Part shown: piece after piece, positions 19,192 to 29,566 of the stretch
How the letters are laid out: every line of letters starts with the position of its first letter
Numbering within the stretch: the stretch's first letter is position 1
DNA from: an uncultured Jatrophihabitantaceae bacterium
Lineage (GTDB): Bacteria > Actinomycetota > Actinomycetes > Mycobacteriales > Jatrophihabitantaceae
Reading direction: 5' to 3'
NCBI GenBank assembly: GCA_964252015.1
Contig: CAXULW010000019.1
Span: 4,118 to 68,117, forward strand
DNA: 64,000 nt
Notes under the pieces: model-generated
Database searches by the model: none
What the model was told of the DNA's origin: nothing
Seen by the model: the letters and a program-made list of their open reading frames with translations, nothing else
Translations under genes and position numbers: made by a program

Positions 19192-20430
19192 GTGACTGAC
19201 TACCCGCTGCTGCTCGACCTGACCGGTCGCAAGGTCGTCGTGGTCGGCGGCGGGGAAGTGGCTACCCGGCGGGTGCGGGATCTGTGCCGCGCCGGTGCCG
19301 CCGTCACCGTCGTCGCTCCTACGGTGAGCGGGCGGATCCATCACCTGGTGGGCACCGGCGAGGTGCGGTGGGAAGCGCGCGAGTTTGCCGGCCGGGACGT
19401 GGTCGACGCGTGGCTGGTCGTCGCCGCCACGGACGTACCGTCGGTCAACGAACGTGCGGCCGCCGCCGCGGAGCGCAACCAGATCTTCTGCGTCCGGGTC
19501 GATTCCGCCACCGGTGGCAACGCCCGCACGCCCGCGGTGCTGCGGCGGGGACCGTTGACGGTGACCGTCAACGCCGGCGACGACCCGTTGCGGGCGGTGG
19601 GGCTGCGCGACGACATCGGCACGGCCCTCGACGCCGGGACGCTTGTTTCGCGCCCGCGCCGGTCGTCCGGCCGCGGCCGGGTGGCCCTGGTCGGCGGCGG
19701 CCCGGGTGACCCCGACCTGATCACCGTGCGCGGACGGCGGCTGGTGGCCGAGGCCGACGTGGTCGTGGTCGACCGGCTGGCGCCACGCGAGCTGTTGCTG
19801 GCCCTGCCCGAGGACGTGGAGATCATCGACTGTGGCAAGGCCGCGCACCGGCACAACCTGACCCAGGACCAGATCAACGCGGTGCTGATCGACCGCGCCC
19901 GGGCCGGCGCCCGCGTGGTCCGGCTGAAGGGCGGCGATCCCTACATCTATGGACGGGGTACGGAAGAGGTGCAGGCGTGCCTCGACGCGGGTGTTGACGT
20001 CGAGGTCGTGCCCGGGCTCAGCTCGGCGACGGCGGGTCCTGCGCTGGCCGGCATCCCGTTGACCCACCGGGGGATGGCGGTGGACTTCGCCGTCGTGTCG
20101 GGACATCTGGATCCCGGCCTGCCCCGTGACGGAGGGCTGGACTGGCCGGCGCTGGCTACGGGGCCGGACACGCTGGTGCTGCTGATGGCGATGGAGCGCC
20201 TGGGTGACATTGCCGCGACGCTGATCGGCCACGGCCGCTCGGCCGGCACCCCGAGTGCGGTGGTACACCGGGCCGGCAGCCGTCGGCAAGTCGTCCTGCG
20301 CGCGCCGCTGGAGGAGATCGGCGCGGTGGCCGTTGCGCAGGGGGTAGGAGCGCCGGCCGTGGTCGTGGTGGGTGCCGTCGCCGGGCTGGCGGACCTGCCG
20401 TCGTGGGTGCCGTCACCGGCCAACTCGTAG
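19192..20430 (+). CDS. cysG: siroheme synthase-like fusion: precorrin-2 dehydrogenase/ferrochelatase N-domain plus uroporphyrinogen-III C-methyltransferase
   Basis: The N-terminus has a Rossmann fold (KVVVVGGGEVATRR). The C-terminal SUMT blocks are VALVGGGPGDPDLITVRG, RLKGGDPYIYGRG and PGLSS. Confidence 0.8.
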   Translation: MTDYPLLLDLTGRKVVVVGGGEVATRRVRDLCRAGAAVTVVAPTVSGRIHHLVGTGEVRWEAREFAGRDVVDAWLVVAATDVPSVNERAAAAAERNQIFCVRVDSATGGNARTPAVLRRGPLTVTVNAGDDPLRAVGLRDDIGTALDAGTLVSRPRRSSGRGRVALVGGGPGDPDLITVRGRRLVAEADVVVVDRLAPRELLLALPEDVEIIDCGKAAHRHNLTQDQINAVLIDRARAGARVVRLKGGDPYIYGRGTEEVQACLDAGVDVEVVPGLSSATAGPALAGIPLTHRGMAVDFAVVSGHLDPGLPRDGGLDWPALATGPDTLVLLMAMERLGDIAATLIGHGRSAGTPSAVVHRAGSRRQVVLRAPLEEIGAVAVAQGVGAPAVVVVGAVAGLADLPSWVPSPANS

Positions 20431-20476
20431 CTCGCCCGTCGATCTCGCGCAGTTTTGTCGTACCCCTGTTCTATGG

Positions 20477-20492
20477 TCGAACAGACGTTCGA
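20477..20492. promoter_or_regulatory. LexA (SOS) box, TCGAAC-N4-GTTCGA
   Basis: TCGAACagacGTTCGA is read directly. It matches all 12 specified positions of the actinobacterial/Gram-positive SOS box, lies 34 nt upstream of the ATG at 20526, and is the only such site I found in the window. Confidence 0.7.
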
Positions 20493-20525
20493 CGGAGGGT
20501 CGAGCGGGTGCGATAGGGGCAGAAA

Positions 20526-21038
20526 ATGACGGTGGAAGAGCAGGTGCGCAGGTACGTGGGTCCCAGCTTGCTGTGGCGGGCGGAGACGGTGCTGGCGCAG
20601 GCGCGGACGTTGCTGGGTGACGCGCGGGCGGAGCCGCTGGCCGCGGACCGGTTCCGGATCGCCCACCTGGCCGCATTGCGGGGCACGGCGGCGTTGCTGT
20701 CCGTGGTGACGTCGACGGCGATCCCGGTGCGGCGCCGCCCGACGAGCGCGTGGGTGTTGCTCGAGCGGGCGCTGCCCGAGTTCGCCGATTGGGCAGCGTA
20801 TTTCGCAGCCAATCAAGGGCAACGGGCTGCGGCCGACGCGGGGGTGGGCGGCGCGGTCGCCGTCGCCGAGGCCGATGATCTGATCGAGGCGACGACGACC
20901 TTCCTCGACCTGGTCGAGGCCGGCGTCGTCGAGGCCACCCTGCGCGGCGGCCGGGCGGACGCGCCGACGCTGGTGGCCGCCCTGGGACCGCTGGACTGGC
21001 CGCCGCAGAGGGTGGGTCGTCGGGCCGCGGCGAGTTGA
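20526..21038 (+). CDS. conserved hypothetical alpha-helical protein, HEPN-like (resembles the family annotated as SAV_6107-type HEPN proteins)
   Basis: 170-aa ORF with good GC3 bias. The pattern A..L..A......P..RF..AHLAALR.AAALL is recalled from that family. The family call is from memory only. Confidence 0.45.
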   Translation: MTVEEQVRRYVGPSLLWRAETVLAQARTLLGDARAEPLAADRFRIAHLAALRGTAALLSVVTSTAIPVRRRPTSAWVLLERALPEFADWAAYFAANQGQRAAADAGVGGAVAVAEADDLIEATTTFLDLVEAGVVEATLRGGRADAPTLVAALGPLDWPPQRVGRRAAAS

Positions 21039-21085
21039 ACGCGGTCACGCTGAGCGCGGGCCGGGCGGCACTACTGTCGGTGCCT

Positions 21086-21955
21086 ATGTCGGCCATCCCG
21101 AACCAGTTGCGTCCGGGAGGCAGCCTGCTCGACGCGGTACTGGGATCCGTTCTCGATGACCTCGCCGCGGCAGGTGGTTCGGCTGCGGGTGCTTCGGAAC
21201 CGGGTGCTTCCGAGGCGGGTGCTTCGGAGCCGGGTGCTTCGGAAGCGGGCGCGGCGGGCGCTGCTCCGGTCGTCCTGGACTGTGGCGGGGGCAGCGGTAG
21301 TCGTGCGGTGCCATTGGCGGTGCGGGGGGCGGCGGTCACGGTCATCGACTCCAGCATCGACGCGCTGGCCATTCTGGCTCGGCGAGCGGCCGAGGCGGGC
21401 GTGGCCGAGCGGATTCACGGCGTTCAGGCTGATGTCGAGAGCCTGGCCGACGTGGCCGAGCCGGCGTCGGCCGACCTGGTCCTGGTCCACGGCGTGCTGG
21501 ACGTCACCCGCGACCCGGCGCACGTGCTCGCCGCCGCCGCGGCCGTCGTTCGAGCCGGGGGCTACCTGAGCGTGGTGGTCCCCAACCCGGTCGCAGCGGT
21601 CCTCACCCGGGCCCTGGCTGGCGACCTGTCCAGCGCCCTGGCCGAGCTCATCGCCACCGACTCAGGCGCCACCGACTCGGGCGCCACCGACTCGGGCGCC
21701 GCCGGTGCCACCGACGCCCGGCTCGATCTGGACGGGTTGCGGGTGCTGGTCGAGACGGCCGGGCTCGAGGTGACGGCCACCCACGGTCTGGGCGCGTTCA
21801 GCTCGAGCGTTCCCGGCTCGGTCCTGGACGGCCAACCGGCCGGACGCGTCGTGCTCGATGAGCTGGACCGCCGCGGCGCGGTGCGTTCGCCGTACCGAGA
21901 AATCGCCGGCCGGCTGCACCTGCTGGCCCACCGGCCCACTCCCGCGGCGCCCTGA
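21086..21955 (+). CDS. class I SAM-dependent methyltransferase
   Basis: ORF 21035..21955 (TTG start at 21035, or ATG at 21086). It has SAM-binding motif I (VLDCGGGSGSRAVPLA) and post-I (VTVIDSS), and contains two in-frame 15-bp tandem arrays. Confidence 0.7.
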   Translation: MSAIPNQLRPGGSLLDAVLGSVLDDLAAAGGSAAGASEPGASEAGASEPGASEAGAAGAAPVVLDCGGGSGSRAVPLAVRGAAVTVIDSSIDALAILARRAAEAGVAERIHGVQADVESLADVAEPASADLVLVHGVLDVTRDPAHVLAAAAAVVRAGGYLSVVVPNPVAAVLTRALAGDLSSALAELIATDSGATDSGATDSGAAGATDARLDLDGLRVLVETAGLEVTATHGLGAFSSSVPGSVLDGQPAGRVVLDELDRRGAVRSPYREIAGRLHLLAHRPTPAAP

Positions 21956-22051
21956 ACACGCTTGCGGGTGCTCTGGCGGCGTGCGCCGCAAAGCTTGCGC
22001 AATTGGGCAGACTGATTCAGATGAGGCGGGGTTCGATGGGGCGGGGTTTCG

Positions 22052-23407
22052 GTGGGGCGTAGCGCCGACCTGCCGCGCGAGTCCGGTCAGACCGACGGCG
22101 ACGACCGGCGCAGCCCGATCCTGCACGTCGACATGGACGCCTTCTTCGCCAGCGTCGAGATTCGACGGCGGCCCGAGCTGCGCGGGCGGCCGGTCGTGGT
22201 CGGCGGCGGCACTCGTGGGGTGGTCGCGGCGGCGTCGTACGAGGCGCGTCGCTACGGCGTGTTCAGCGCCATGCCCATGTCGATCGCGCTGCGGCGGTGC
22301 CCGCGCGCGGTCGTGCTACCGGTAGACCGGGCCGCCTACGTCGAGGCCTCGCGGGCCGTGATGGCCATCCTGGGCGACGTGACCGATCAGGTGGAACCGC
22401 TGTCTTTGGACGAGGCGTTCCTGGATGTCGGCGCGGCTCAGCGGCGGCTCGGCCGGCCGGCGGACATCGCCCGGCTCATCCGCCGGCGGGTGTCCGAAGA
22501 GCAGCATCTGACCTGCTCGGTCGGCATCGCCCCGTCGAAGTTCGTGGCCAAGGTCGCCTCGGCTCGATGCAAGCCTGACGGGATGCTGGTCATACCGGCC
22601 GACGGGGTGCTGGACTTCCTGCACCCGTTGCCGATCACCGCGCTGTGGGGAGTCGGTCCCAGCACGGCGGAGCGGCTGCACCGCCTTGGCCTGCGCTCGG
22701 TCGGCGATGTGGCCCAGACCCCGGTCGACGTCTTGGCGCGGGCCATCGGCACCGGGGCGGCCGACCACCTGTTCGCGCTCGCCAACGGCATCGACGGTCG
22801 CGCCGTGGTCCGCGACCAGGCCGAGAAGTCCGTGTCCTCCGACCGCACGTTCGACACCGACCTGTGCGCTGAGCCCGAGGTGCACCGCGAGCTCCTGCGG
22901 CTGTCCGAGGAGGTGGCCGGTCGCCTGCGTGCGCGCAACCTGGTTGCTCGCACGGTCGGCATCAAGGTGCGGTTCGCCGACTTCCGGACGGTCAGCCGCG
23001 TGCGCACCGTCGCCGAACCCGTCGACCTGGCCGCGACGCTGTACGCCGAGGCCGTTGCCCTGTACGCCGGCCTCGACCTGGACCGGCCGCGCATCCGGCT
23101 GCTCGGAGTCAAGGCCGAGGGACTGATCGATGCCGGCTCCATCAGTCACCAGCTCAGCTTCGATGACGTTGAGGCGCCGCGTCTGCCCGTCGGTCCGCCC
23201 GATCCAGCGGCCGACCCGAGCCGGGCGAATGCCGACCCGGCCCGACTCTCGTCCCTCGAACGCGTCGCCGACCTGGCCCGGCTTCGGTTCGGCGCGTCCG
23301 CGATCCGCAAGGCCAGCCTGATCCAGACCGACCAGCGGGCCAGCCCGGGCTCCATCGAGCTGGCTGACGGTGACCGAACCGCGGTGCCGAACGGCTCCGG
23401 GAACTGA
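22052..23407 (+). CDS. dinB: DNA polymerase IV (Y-family)
   Basis: ILHVDMDAFFASVEIRRRPELRGRPVVVGG, SLDEAFLDV and CSVGIAPSKFVAKVAS are canonical DinB blocks. Confidence 0.88.
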   Translation: MGRSADLPRESGQTDGDDRRSPILHVDMDAFFASVEIRRRPELRGRPVVVGGGTRGVVAAASYEARRYGVFSAMPMSIALRRCPRAVVLPVDRAAYVEASRAVMAILGDVTDQVEPLSLDEAFLDVGAAQRRLGRPADIARLIRRRVSEEQHLTCSVGIAPSKFVAKVASARCKPDGMLVIPADGVLDFLHPLPITALWGVGPSTAERLHRLGLRSVGDVAQTPVDVLARAIGTGAADHLFALANGIDGRAVVRDQAEKSVSSDRTFDTDLCAEPEVHRELLRLSEEVAGRLRARNLVARTVGIKVRFADFRTVSRVRTVAEPVDLAATLYAEAVALYAGLDLDRPRIRLLGVKAEGLIDAGSISHQLSFDDVEAPRLPVGPPDPAADPSRANADPARLSSLERVADLARLRFGASAIRKASLIQTDQRASPGSIELADGDRTAVPNGSGN

Positions 23408-23677
23408 CCCCGACCCGCAGAGTGCGCCCGGACGGCCCTAGTGGCCGCGGATCGGTAGCGGCGAATCGCAGCGGTCGTGAACCGGTTTCGGACCGGCGTG
23501 CGAACCTCACGGACGGCCTCGGGTTGCGCGGCACCGTAGCGTGATCGAGGTCGATGTAGGTCGGCAAACCAACGAGTTTCTGCACAAACTTTCCCCGGTG
23601 TGCAATCGGCTCGTATGCTCGCGGTAACGTCCACCGTCCACACCGATTTTCGCTCGCCGCGACAGAGGAGGGCATAC

Positions 23678-24061
23678 ATGCCGCTCTCCGAACACGAACA
23701 GCGCCTTCTCGAACAAATCGAGCAGGGCCTGTACGCCGAGGATCCCAAATTCGCTTCCGCCGTACGGCGCGTCCGGTCCGGTGGTGGCACGAGACGACGT
23801 GTCGCGCTCGCGGTGCTGGGTGTCGTCATCGGCCTCGGCGTCGTCCTGCTGGCGCTGATAACCAAGCTCATCATCATCGGTGTCCTGGGTTTCCTGCTCA
23901 TCGTCGCCGCCTGTGCTTATGCCGTGCTCCGGCCGGGATCTGGCTCGACGCCGGCGGGCCCGCTCGGGGTCGTCGACGGCGATCGGGTGCGGCCACGACG
24001 CCAGTCGGGCATGAAGGAACGCATGGAAGACCGGCTTCGCCGTCGTTTCGACGAGCAGTAG
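23678..24061 (+). CDS. DUF3040-family small membrane protein
   Basis: ATG at 23678, preceded by gaggagg. MPLSEHEQRLLEQIEQGLYAEDPKFA is followed by two TM helices. Confidence 0.7.
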   Translation: MPLSEHEQRLLEQIEQGLYAEDPKFASAVRRVRSGGGTRRRVALAVLGVVIGLGVVLLALITKLIIIGVLGFLLIVAACAYAVLRPGSGSTPAGPLGVVDGDRVRPRRQSGMKERMEDRLRRRFDEQ

Positions 24062-24091
24062 TCGTCGTTTCGACGAGCAGTAGCCGTCGTT
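24041..24091 (+). repeat. 22-bp tandem duplication (2.3 copies) spanning the DUF3040 stop codon
   Basis: cgtcgtttcgacgagcagtag(t/c) occurs at 24041-24062 and 24063-24084, then a partial cgtcgtt. The unit length is not a multiple of 3. Confidence 0.8.
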
Positions 24092-24243
24092 CCGTCCTGC
24101 GGTAGCCCGCGCCGCGTCCGTAGGACGAACGCGGCTTCGCCGGTTTTGCGGCACGTCGCATCCCGGGCGGTTCTGCGCCACGTCGCATCCCGGCGTGTGG
24201 ACCCGGCCACCCACCGGGCGGCCTCGCCCAGCATTCCTGGGTC

Positions 24244-26691
24244 TCAGCTCTTGCCGGGTCGCCGCCGCCTGGAGGTGAGCGACCGTGGCCAGAGCCAGGC
24301 CAGGATCCGCGCCCGGGTATTGAGCCGCCCGCGTAGCGAACGCCCGATGACGGACACCCGGTCGATCCCGTCGTGCACGTCCTGCGACGTGGCCAGAGCA
24401 GAACCCGCCGATACCGGGCCATCCGCAGACCCGCTCTTGGCGTCGTTCGCTGGAACGGGTCGCGAGTAACGCTCCCGCTCCACCCGCTGGGCGAGGTCCT
24501 GCACCGACCGCGCGCCGGTGATGCCCAGACCGGCCAGCCAGGCCGGGACCTGGCGTGGCGTCGTCGCTGCGCCCCAATCCACTCCCGCGTCGATGCTGGC
24601 GTCGCGTAACTCCTGCCAGAGTGGTTCCAGTCGATGCGTGCGCAGCGCCTCTCGCCATCGGGCGCGGCGGCGGCCGACGCGCCAGAGCGGCACGATCGAC
24701 AGCAGCAGGGCGAGCGCGACCACGATGGCAAGGCCGCCCAGCACGTACGAGGGCAGGTGCAGCACAACTGCAGCTCCACTCGAACCGCTGGCCGCGTTGG
24801 TCGAGCTGGCGGCCGAGTTCGCGGCGCTGGTCGGGTCCACGGTGCGCGAGCGCGAAGCCGGAGCGACGGAGGTCGTCGCCGTCGTGTTGCTCGGCCGCGG
24901 GTCGTAGGACAACCCCGTCGCCCGGGTCGAGCTCAGCGGGGTCGGGTCGAAGGGGATCCAGCCCAGGCCGGCGAAGTAACCCTCGACCCAGGCGTGGGCG
25001 TCGTGGCTGGTGATCGTGAAGATGCCGTTCTTGTCGGGGCTGCCGTGGGTGTAGCCGAGCACGACCCGGGCCGGGATGCCGGCGATGCGGAGCATGATCC
25101 CCATGGCCGCCGCGTACTGCTGGCAGTAACCGGTTCGGTTGGTGAGGAAGTCGACCAGGTCGCTGCCGGAGTCGCCGGCCTTGGTGGCCAGGGAGTAGCT
25201 GAACCCGTTCTCCCCGTCGCGGAAGTAGTCGTTGAGCGCGCGGGCCTGGTCATACGGGGTGGTCTCTCCCGCGATCACCGCTTGCGTCGTGGTGCGCACC
25301 AGTTTCGGCAGGTTGGCCGGGACGGCGAGCAGGCTGGGATCGCCCGTGCCGGTTCGTTCCCTCGACGCGGTCGCCGCGCGCAGTTGGGCCAGCGACGGGT
25401 TGGGCTGGGCGACCGTCTCGAAGTAGGAGTCCCCGCGGTTGGTCGTCGATCCGCTGAGGGTGGAGTCCTCGCCGTTCCAGCTGAAACCCGAAGGCACGCC
25501 CGTCTTCGTCAATCCTGCCGGACGGGCGAACAGGGGAACCGCGTCGTCCTTCAGCCCGGTGATGGTGATGTCGGCGGTGAAGTTGGCCGTGTCGCCGCCC
25601 TGGTCGCGCTGTGGGCCGAAGTAGGCCTCGTCCAGCGGGGTGGAGGCCGGCGCGGCGTCGGACTGCCAGCCCGTTCGGGTGTACTTACCGAGCACCTTCG
25701 AGCGCAGGTAGAACGGCGGGGCGGCGGGGTCGCCCTCGATCGTCACCGAGGCCAGGTTGATGACCTTGCCCTGGTTGAGCTGACCCTTGAGGGTGGCGAA
25801 CGGGGACAGGCCCGAGCCGGTGCCCTGGCCGGGATGGAAGGCGTCGGCCAACCGGTTACCCGACAGGCCCGGCAGCACGGCCGGAACGAGGACGGCGAGG
25901 ACGACGGCGGCCACCCCGACCCGGCGACCCGACAGGCCGAGCCTGGGACGGGTGATGGTGTCGCCGTGGCGGCGCGGGACCAGCCGACCCCAGCCCAGCA
26001 GGCTCACCCGCGAGTCGGCCGACAGGATGACCAGGAATCCGGCCGCGGCGACCGCGAAGTCGAACCACCCGACCGAGTTCCCGGCCGTGGCCCCGCAGAT
26101 CGTGAACAGGGCCAGCAGCGGGATACCGGCCAGGGCGGGCGCCCGCCGGACCACCGCGTAGCCGTCCACGATCGCGGCCACGAGGGCCAGCGCGGGCACC
26201 ACGCCGAGGCGCAGCACGGGCGTGGAGTCCAAGGGCGAGCTGGTCGTGCGGATCTGCTCAGCGGCCTCGGCGCGCATCATCTTCAAGGCGGACCAGGTGT
26301 CGTGACCCGGGATGAAGCCCCAGATCGAACTCGCGTGCAGGTAGACGGCGCTGACGTAGCAGACCAGCAGCACCAACCCCGGCACCAGCTGGGCCACCCG
26401 CGGTGCCCGCCGCGAGCGCAGGAACGCGGCCGGGCCGAGGACGCAGATGACCGCTCCGACGCTCTGCACCAACCAGGTCCAGTCGGAGAAGATGGTGCGC
26501 ATCGGCGCGAAACACAGCACGGTGCCGGCGCCGACCACGAGCGTGCGCCGCACGTCGTCGCGGCTCAGCTCGGCGCCGAGACCGCGGCTCGACGCGGACC
26601 GGCGGATGGACGAGTCGCCACCGCCATCGGCGCCCGCGGGGCCACCGCTGCGGACGGGACCGCCGGGCTCCGGCCGCGTCGCCGTGGTCAT
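24244..26691 (-). CDS. transglutaminase-domain membrane protein (TgpA-like: N-terminal polytopic domain, periplasmic transglutaminase core, C-terminal TM/DUF4129-like tail)
   Basis: ATG at 26691 inside ORF 24244..27948, overlapping the DUF58 stop (ATGA). There are multiple TM helices, then the Cys-His-Asp core GYCQQYAAAMGIMLR...HAWVEGYF...WIPFDPTP. Confidence 0.8.
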   Translation of the reverse strand: MTTATRPEPGGPVRSGGPAGADGGGDSSIRRSASSRGLGAELSRDDVRRTLVVGAGTVLCFAPMRTIFSDWTWLVQSVGAVICVLGPAAFLRSRRAPRVAQLVPGLVLLVCYVSAVYLHASSIWGFIPGHDTWSALKMMRAEAAEQIRTTSSPLDSTPVLRLGVVPALALVAAIVDGYAVVRRAPALAGIPLLALFTICGATAGNSVGWFDFAVAAAGFLVILSADSRVSLLGWGRLVPRRHGDTITRPRLGLSGRRVGVAAVVLAVLVPAVLPGLSGNRLADAFHPGQGTGSGLSPFATLKGQLNQGKVINLASVTIEGDPAAPPFYLRSKVLGKYTRTGWQSDAAPASTPLDEAYFGPQRDQGGDTANFTADITITGLKDDAVPLFARPAGLTKTGVPSGFSWNGEDSTLSGSTTNRGDSYFETVAQPNPSLAQLRAATASRERTGTGDPSLLAVPANLPKLVRTTTQAVIAGETTPYDQARALNDYFRDGENGFSYSLATKAGDSGSDLVDFLTNRTGYCQQYAAAMGIMLRIAGIPARVVLGYTHGSPDKNGIFTITSHDAHAWVEGYFAGLGWIPFDPTPLSSTRATGLSYDPRPSNTTATTSVAPASRSRTVDPTSAANSAASSTNAASGSSGAAVVLHLPSYVLGGLAIVVALALLLSIVPLWRVGRRRARWREALRTHRLEPLWQELRDASIDAGVDWGAATTPRQVPAWLAGLGITGARSVQDLAQRVERERYSRPVPANDAKSGSADGPVSAGSALATSQDVHDGIDRVSVIGRSLRGRLNTRARILAWLWPRSLTSRRRRPGKS

Positions 26692-28019
26692 ACCCGACCT
26701 CCGGACAGGTCGGCGGTCATCCGCAACGGCGGCGCCGACGGGTTCATCAGCATCATCCAGGCGTCCACGATCGGCGTCCCGGCCGCCACGACCTGGACCC
26801 GCCACCCCGCGCCGGTCAGGGCCAACTCGGCCGGGCCGATGCCGACCCCGGCATCCGGGTCGATCCGCGCGACCGGGTCGGTGGCGGCCCAGGTGGGTGT
26901 CTGCAGCAACAGCGCCAGGGCCGAGCCGGGGCTGCGATGGCGGCGGGTGAGCAGTCGCAATGCAACCTCGTCCAGGCTGCCGAGGACGGCGAAGATGTTC
27001 GACTCGTCGCCGCCGGAATCGGCCGCGTTCAGGGCCGGGCCCAGGCTGTCCGCATGGGTCGGCGCGAGGCGGGCCATCCGATCGAGCATCGGTCCGGCGG
27101 TCAGGCCACGCAGCACCAGTTCGCCGGCGATGAGGTCGAGGCTGCGCCCACGAGCCTGCAGATGGGTGGCCACGCTGGCCGCCGCGCTCAGGCCCCATTC
27201 GAAGCTGTCGTAGCGGCGCGGGTCGGGGTCCGCGTCGGGTCCGAGGTTGGCGAGGGCCGCGCTGGCCAGCCGCCGGTGGGCCGAGCCGCGGGTGTCGAAC
27301 AGCACCGAGGTGCGCCCGTGCCAGGGGCGTTCCTCCTGCCGCACCACCATCTCGCCGAGCCGAGCGGTAGAACGCCAGTGCACCTTGCGCAGGTCGTCGC
27401 CGTAGCGGTACTGCCGGATCGAGGCATCGTCGGAACCGTGGCTGCCGATGGCGTGGCTGCCGGCCTGCAATGAGCTGTCCCACGCGCCGGGCAGCGGTGC
27501 GTCCGGCAGGGCGTCGACCGACGGCAGTACGAGCAGGTCGCTGACCGCACGGAACGACCGCGACCGCTCCACCAGGCCGAAGGGGTCGGCCAGGCGCATC
27601 ATCAGCGGACCCACCCGGTACTCGCCGCGGCCGGCCTTGGGCAGGTGGTAGGCCAGCGTGCGGGTCTCGCGGCCCCGCAGGGAGTCGAGGGTGAACCGGG
27701 CCCGCTGCTCGAACGGCGGGCCGAGCCGGTCCTCGAGCATGAGCGAACCAGTGGGCAGGATCGACTGGTTGGTCAGGCTGATCTTCAGCAGGATGGGCAC
27801 GCCGGCGGGCACGCGATCGGGTTCGGCCCACCGCTGCGAGGCGATCGAGATGCGGGACCGGGCCAGGAAGACCGAGGCGATGATCGGGGCCCCGCTCAGC
27901 AGGAGTGCCACCCGCACCAGGTCGCGCTGGCCCAGGACGTACCCGCACACCAGCGCGGTCAGGCCCGCCGTCATCAAGGCGCTGCCCCGGGCCGTCAGAC
28001 CCAGCTGCGGTCGTCTCAT
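26688..28019 (-). CDS. DUF58 domain protein (MoxR-associated, VWA-like)
   Basis: 443-aa ORF. It has two N-terminal TM helices and the DUF58 signature DDASIRQYRYGDDLRKVHWRSTARLGEMVVRQEE. Confidence 0.8.
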   Translation of the reverse strand: MRRPQLGLTARGSALMTAGLTALVCGYVLGQRDLVRVALLLSGAPIIASVFLARSRISIASQRWAEPDRVPAGVPILLKISLTNQSILPTGSLMLEDRLGPPFEQRARFTLDSLRGRETRTLAYHLPKAGRGEYRVGPLMMRLADPFGLVERSRSFRAVSDLLVLPSVDALPDAPLPGAWDSSLQAGSHAIGSHGSDDASIRQYRYGDDLRKVHWRSTARLGEMVVRQEERPWHGRTSVLFDTRGSAHRRLASAALANLGPDADPDPRRYDSFEWGLSAAASVATHLQARGRSLDLIAGELVLRGLTAGPMLDRMARLAPTHADSLGPALNAADSGGDESNIFAVLGSLDEVALRLLTRRHRSPGSALALLLQTPTWAATDPVARIDPDAGVGIGPAELALTGAGWRVQVVAAGTPIVDAWMMLMNPSAPPLRMTADLSGGRV

Positions 28020-28060
28020 GCGCTAGCGGACTACAGACGGAGCGCTGGTGCGGGCCGTCA

Positions 28061-29218
<1,158 letters not shown>

Positions 29219-29491
29219 GTCCACTCTCCTCAGCTCGTCAGGCACCAGCAAGCAATCCGCCGCACCGATCCGGATGCCCGGTGTACCCGGCCGCCAACCT
29301 GCCCAATTCAACACGTCTGATCAGGCCCGCGCCCGTTTTCGCGGCCACGGCGCTGACGGCCACGACGGCGCGGCTCCGCCGATTATGTCCGGTCGGCGGA
29401 CCGCGCCGACGGGCCCGCGCGTGATGCACCGTTTTCCGCCTGGCGGGCCGGGGGTGACGCGCGCCGTTCGGAAGCTGCAAACCAAGCCTAT

Positions 29492-29527
29492 GTGGTGAAC
29501 AGTGGGGTACGGTGGGGCGATGTGGGG
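29492..29527 (+). promoter_or_regulatory. array of four GTGG(T/G)G direct repeats with exact 10-bp spacing (candidate MraZ operator)
   Basis: GTGGTG at 29492, and GTGGGG at 29502, 29512 and 29522, ending 40 nt upstream of the mraZ start. Confidence 0.6.
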
Positions 29528-29566
29528 CCTAGCGGCTGGTCCCGGTCGATTCGAGGGGGTGTGGTG

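Noticed and set aside
26692-27948. N-terminal 419 codons of the 1234-aa ORF 24244..27948
   Set aside because: This part overlaps the DUF58 gene in another frame and is Arg/Pro/Gly-rich. The transglutaminase protein starts credibly at the ATG at 26691, which overlaps the DUF58 stop.
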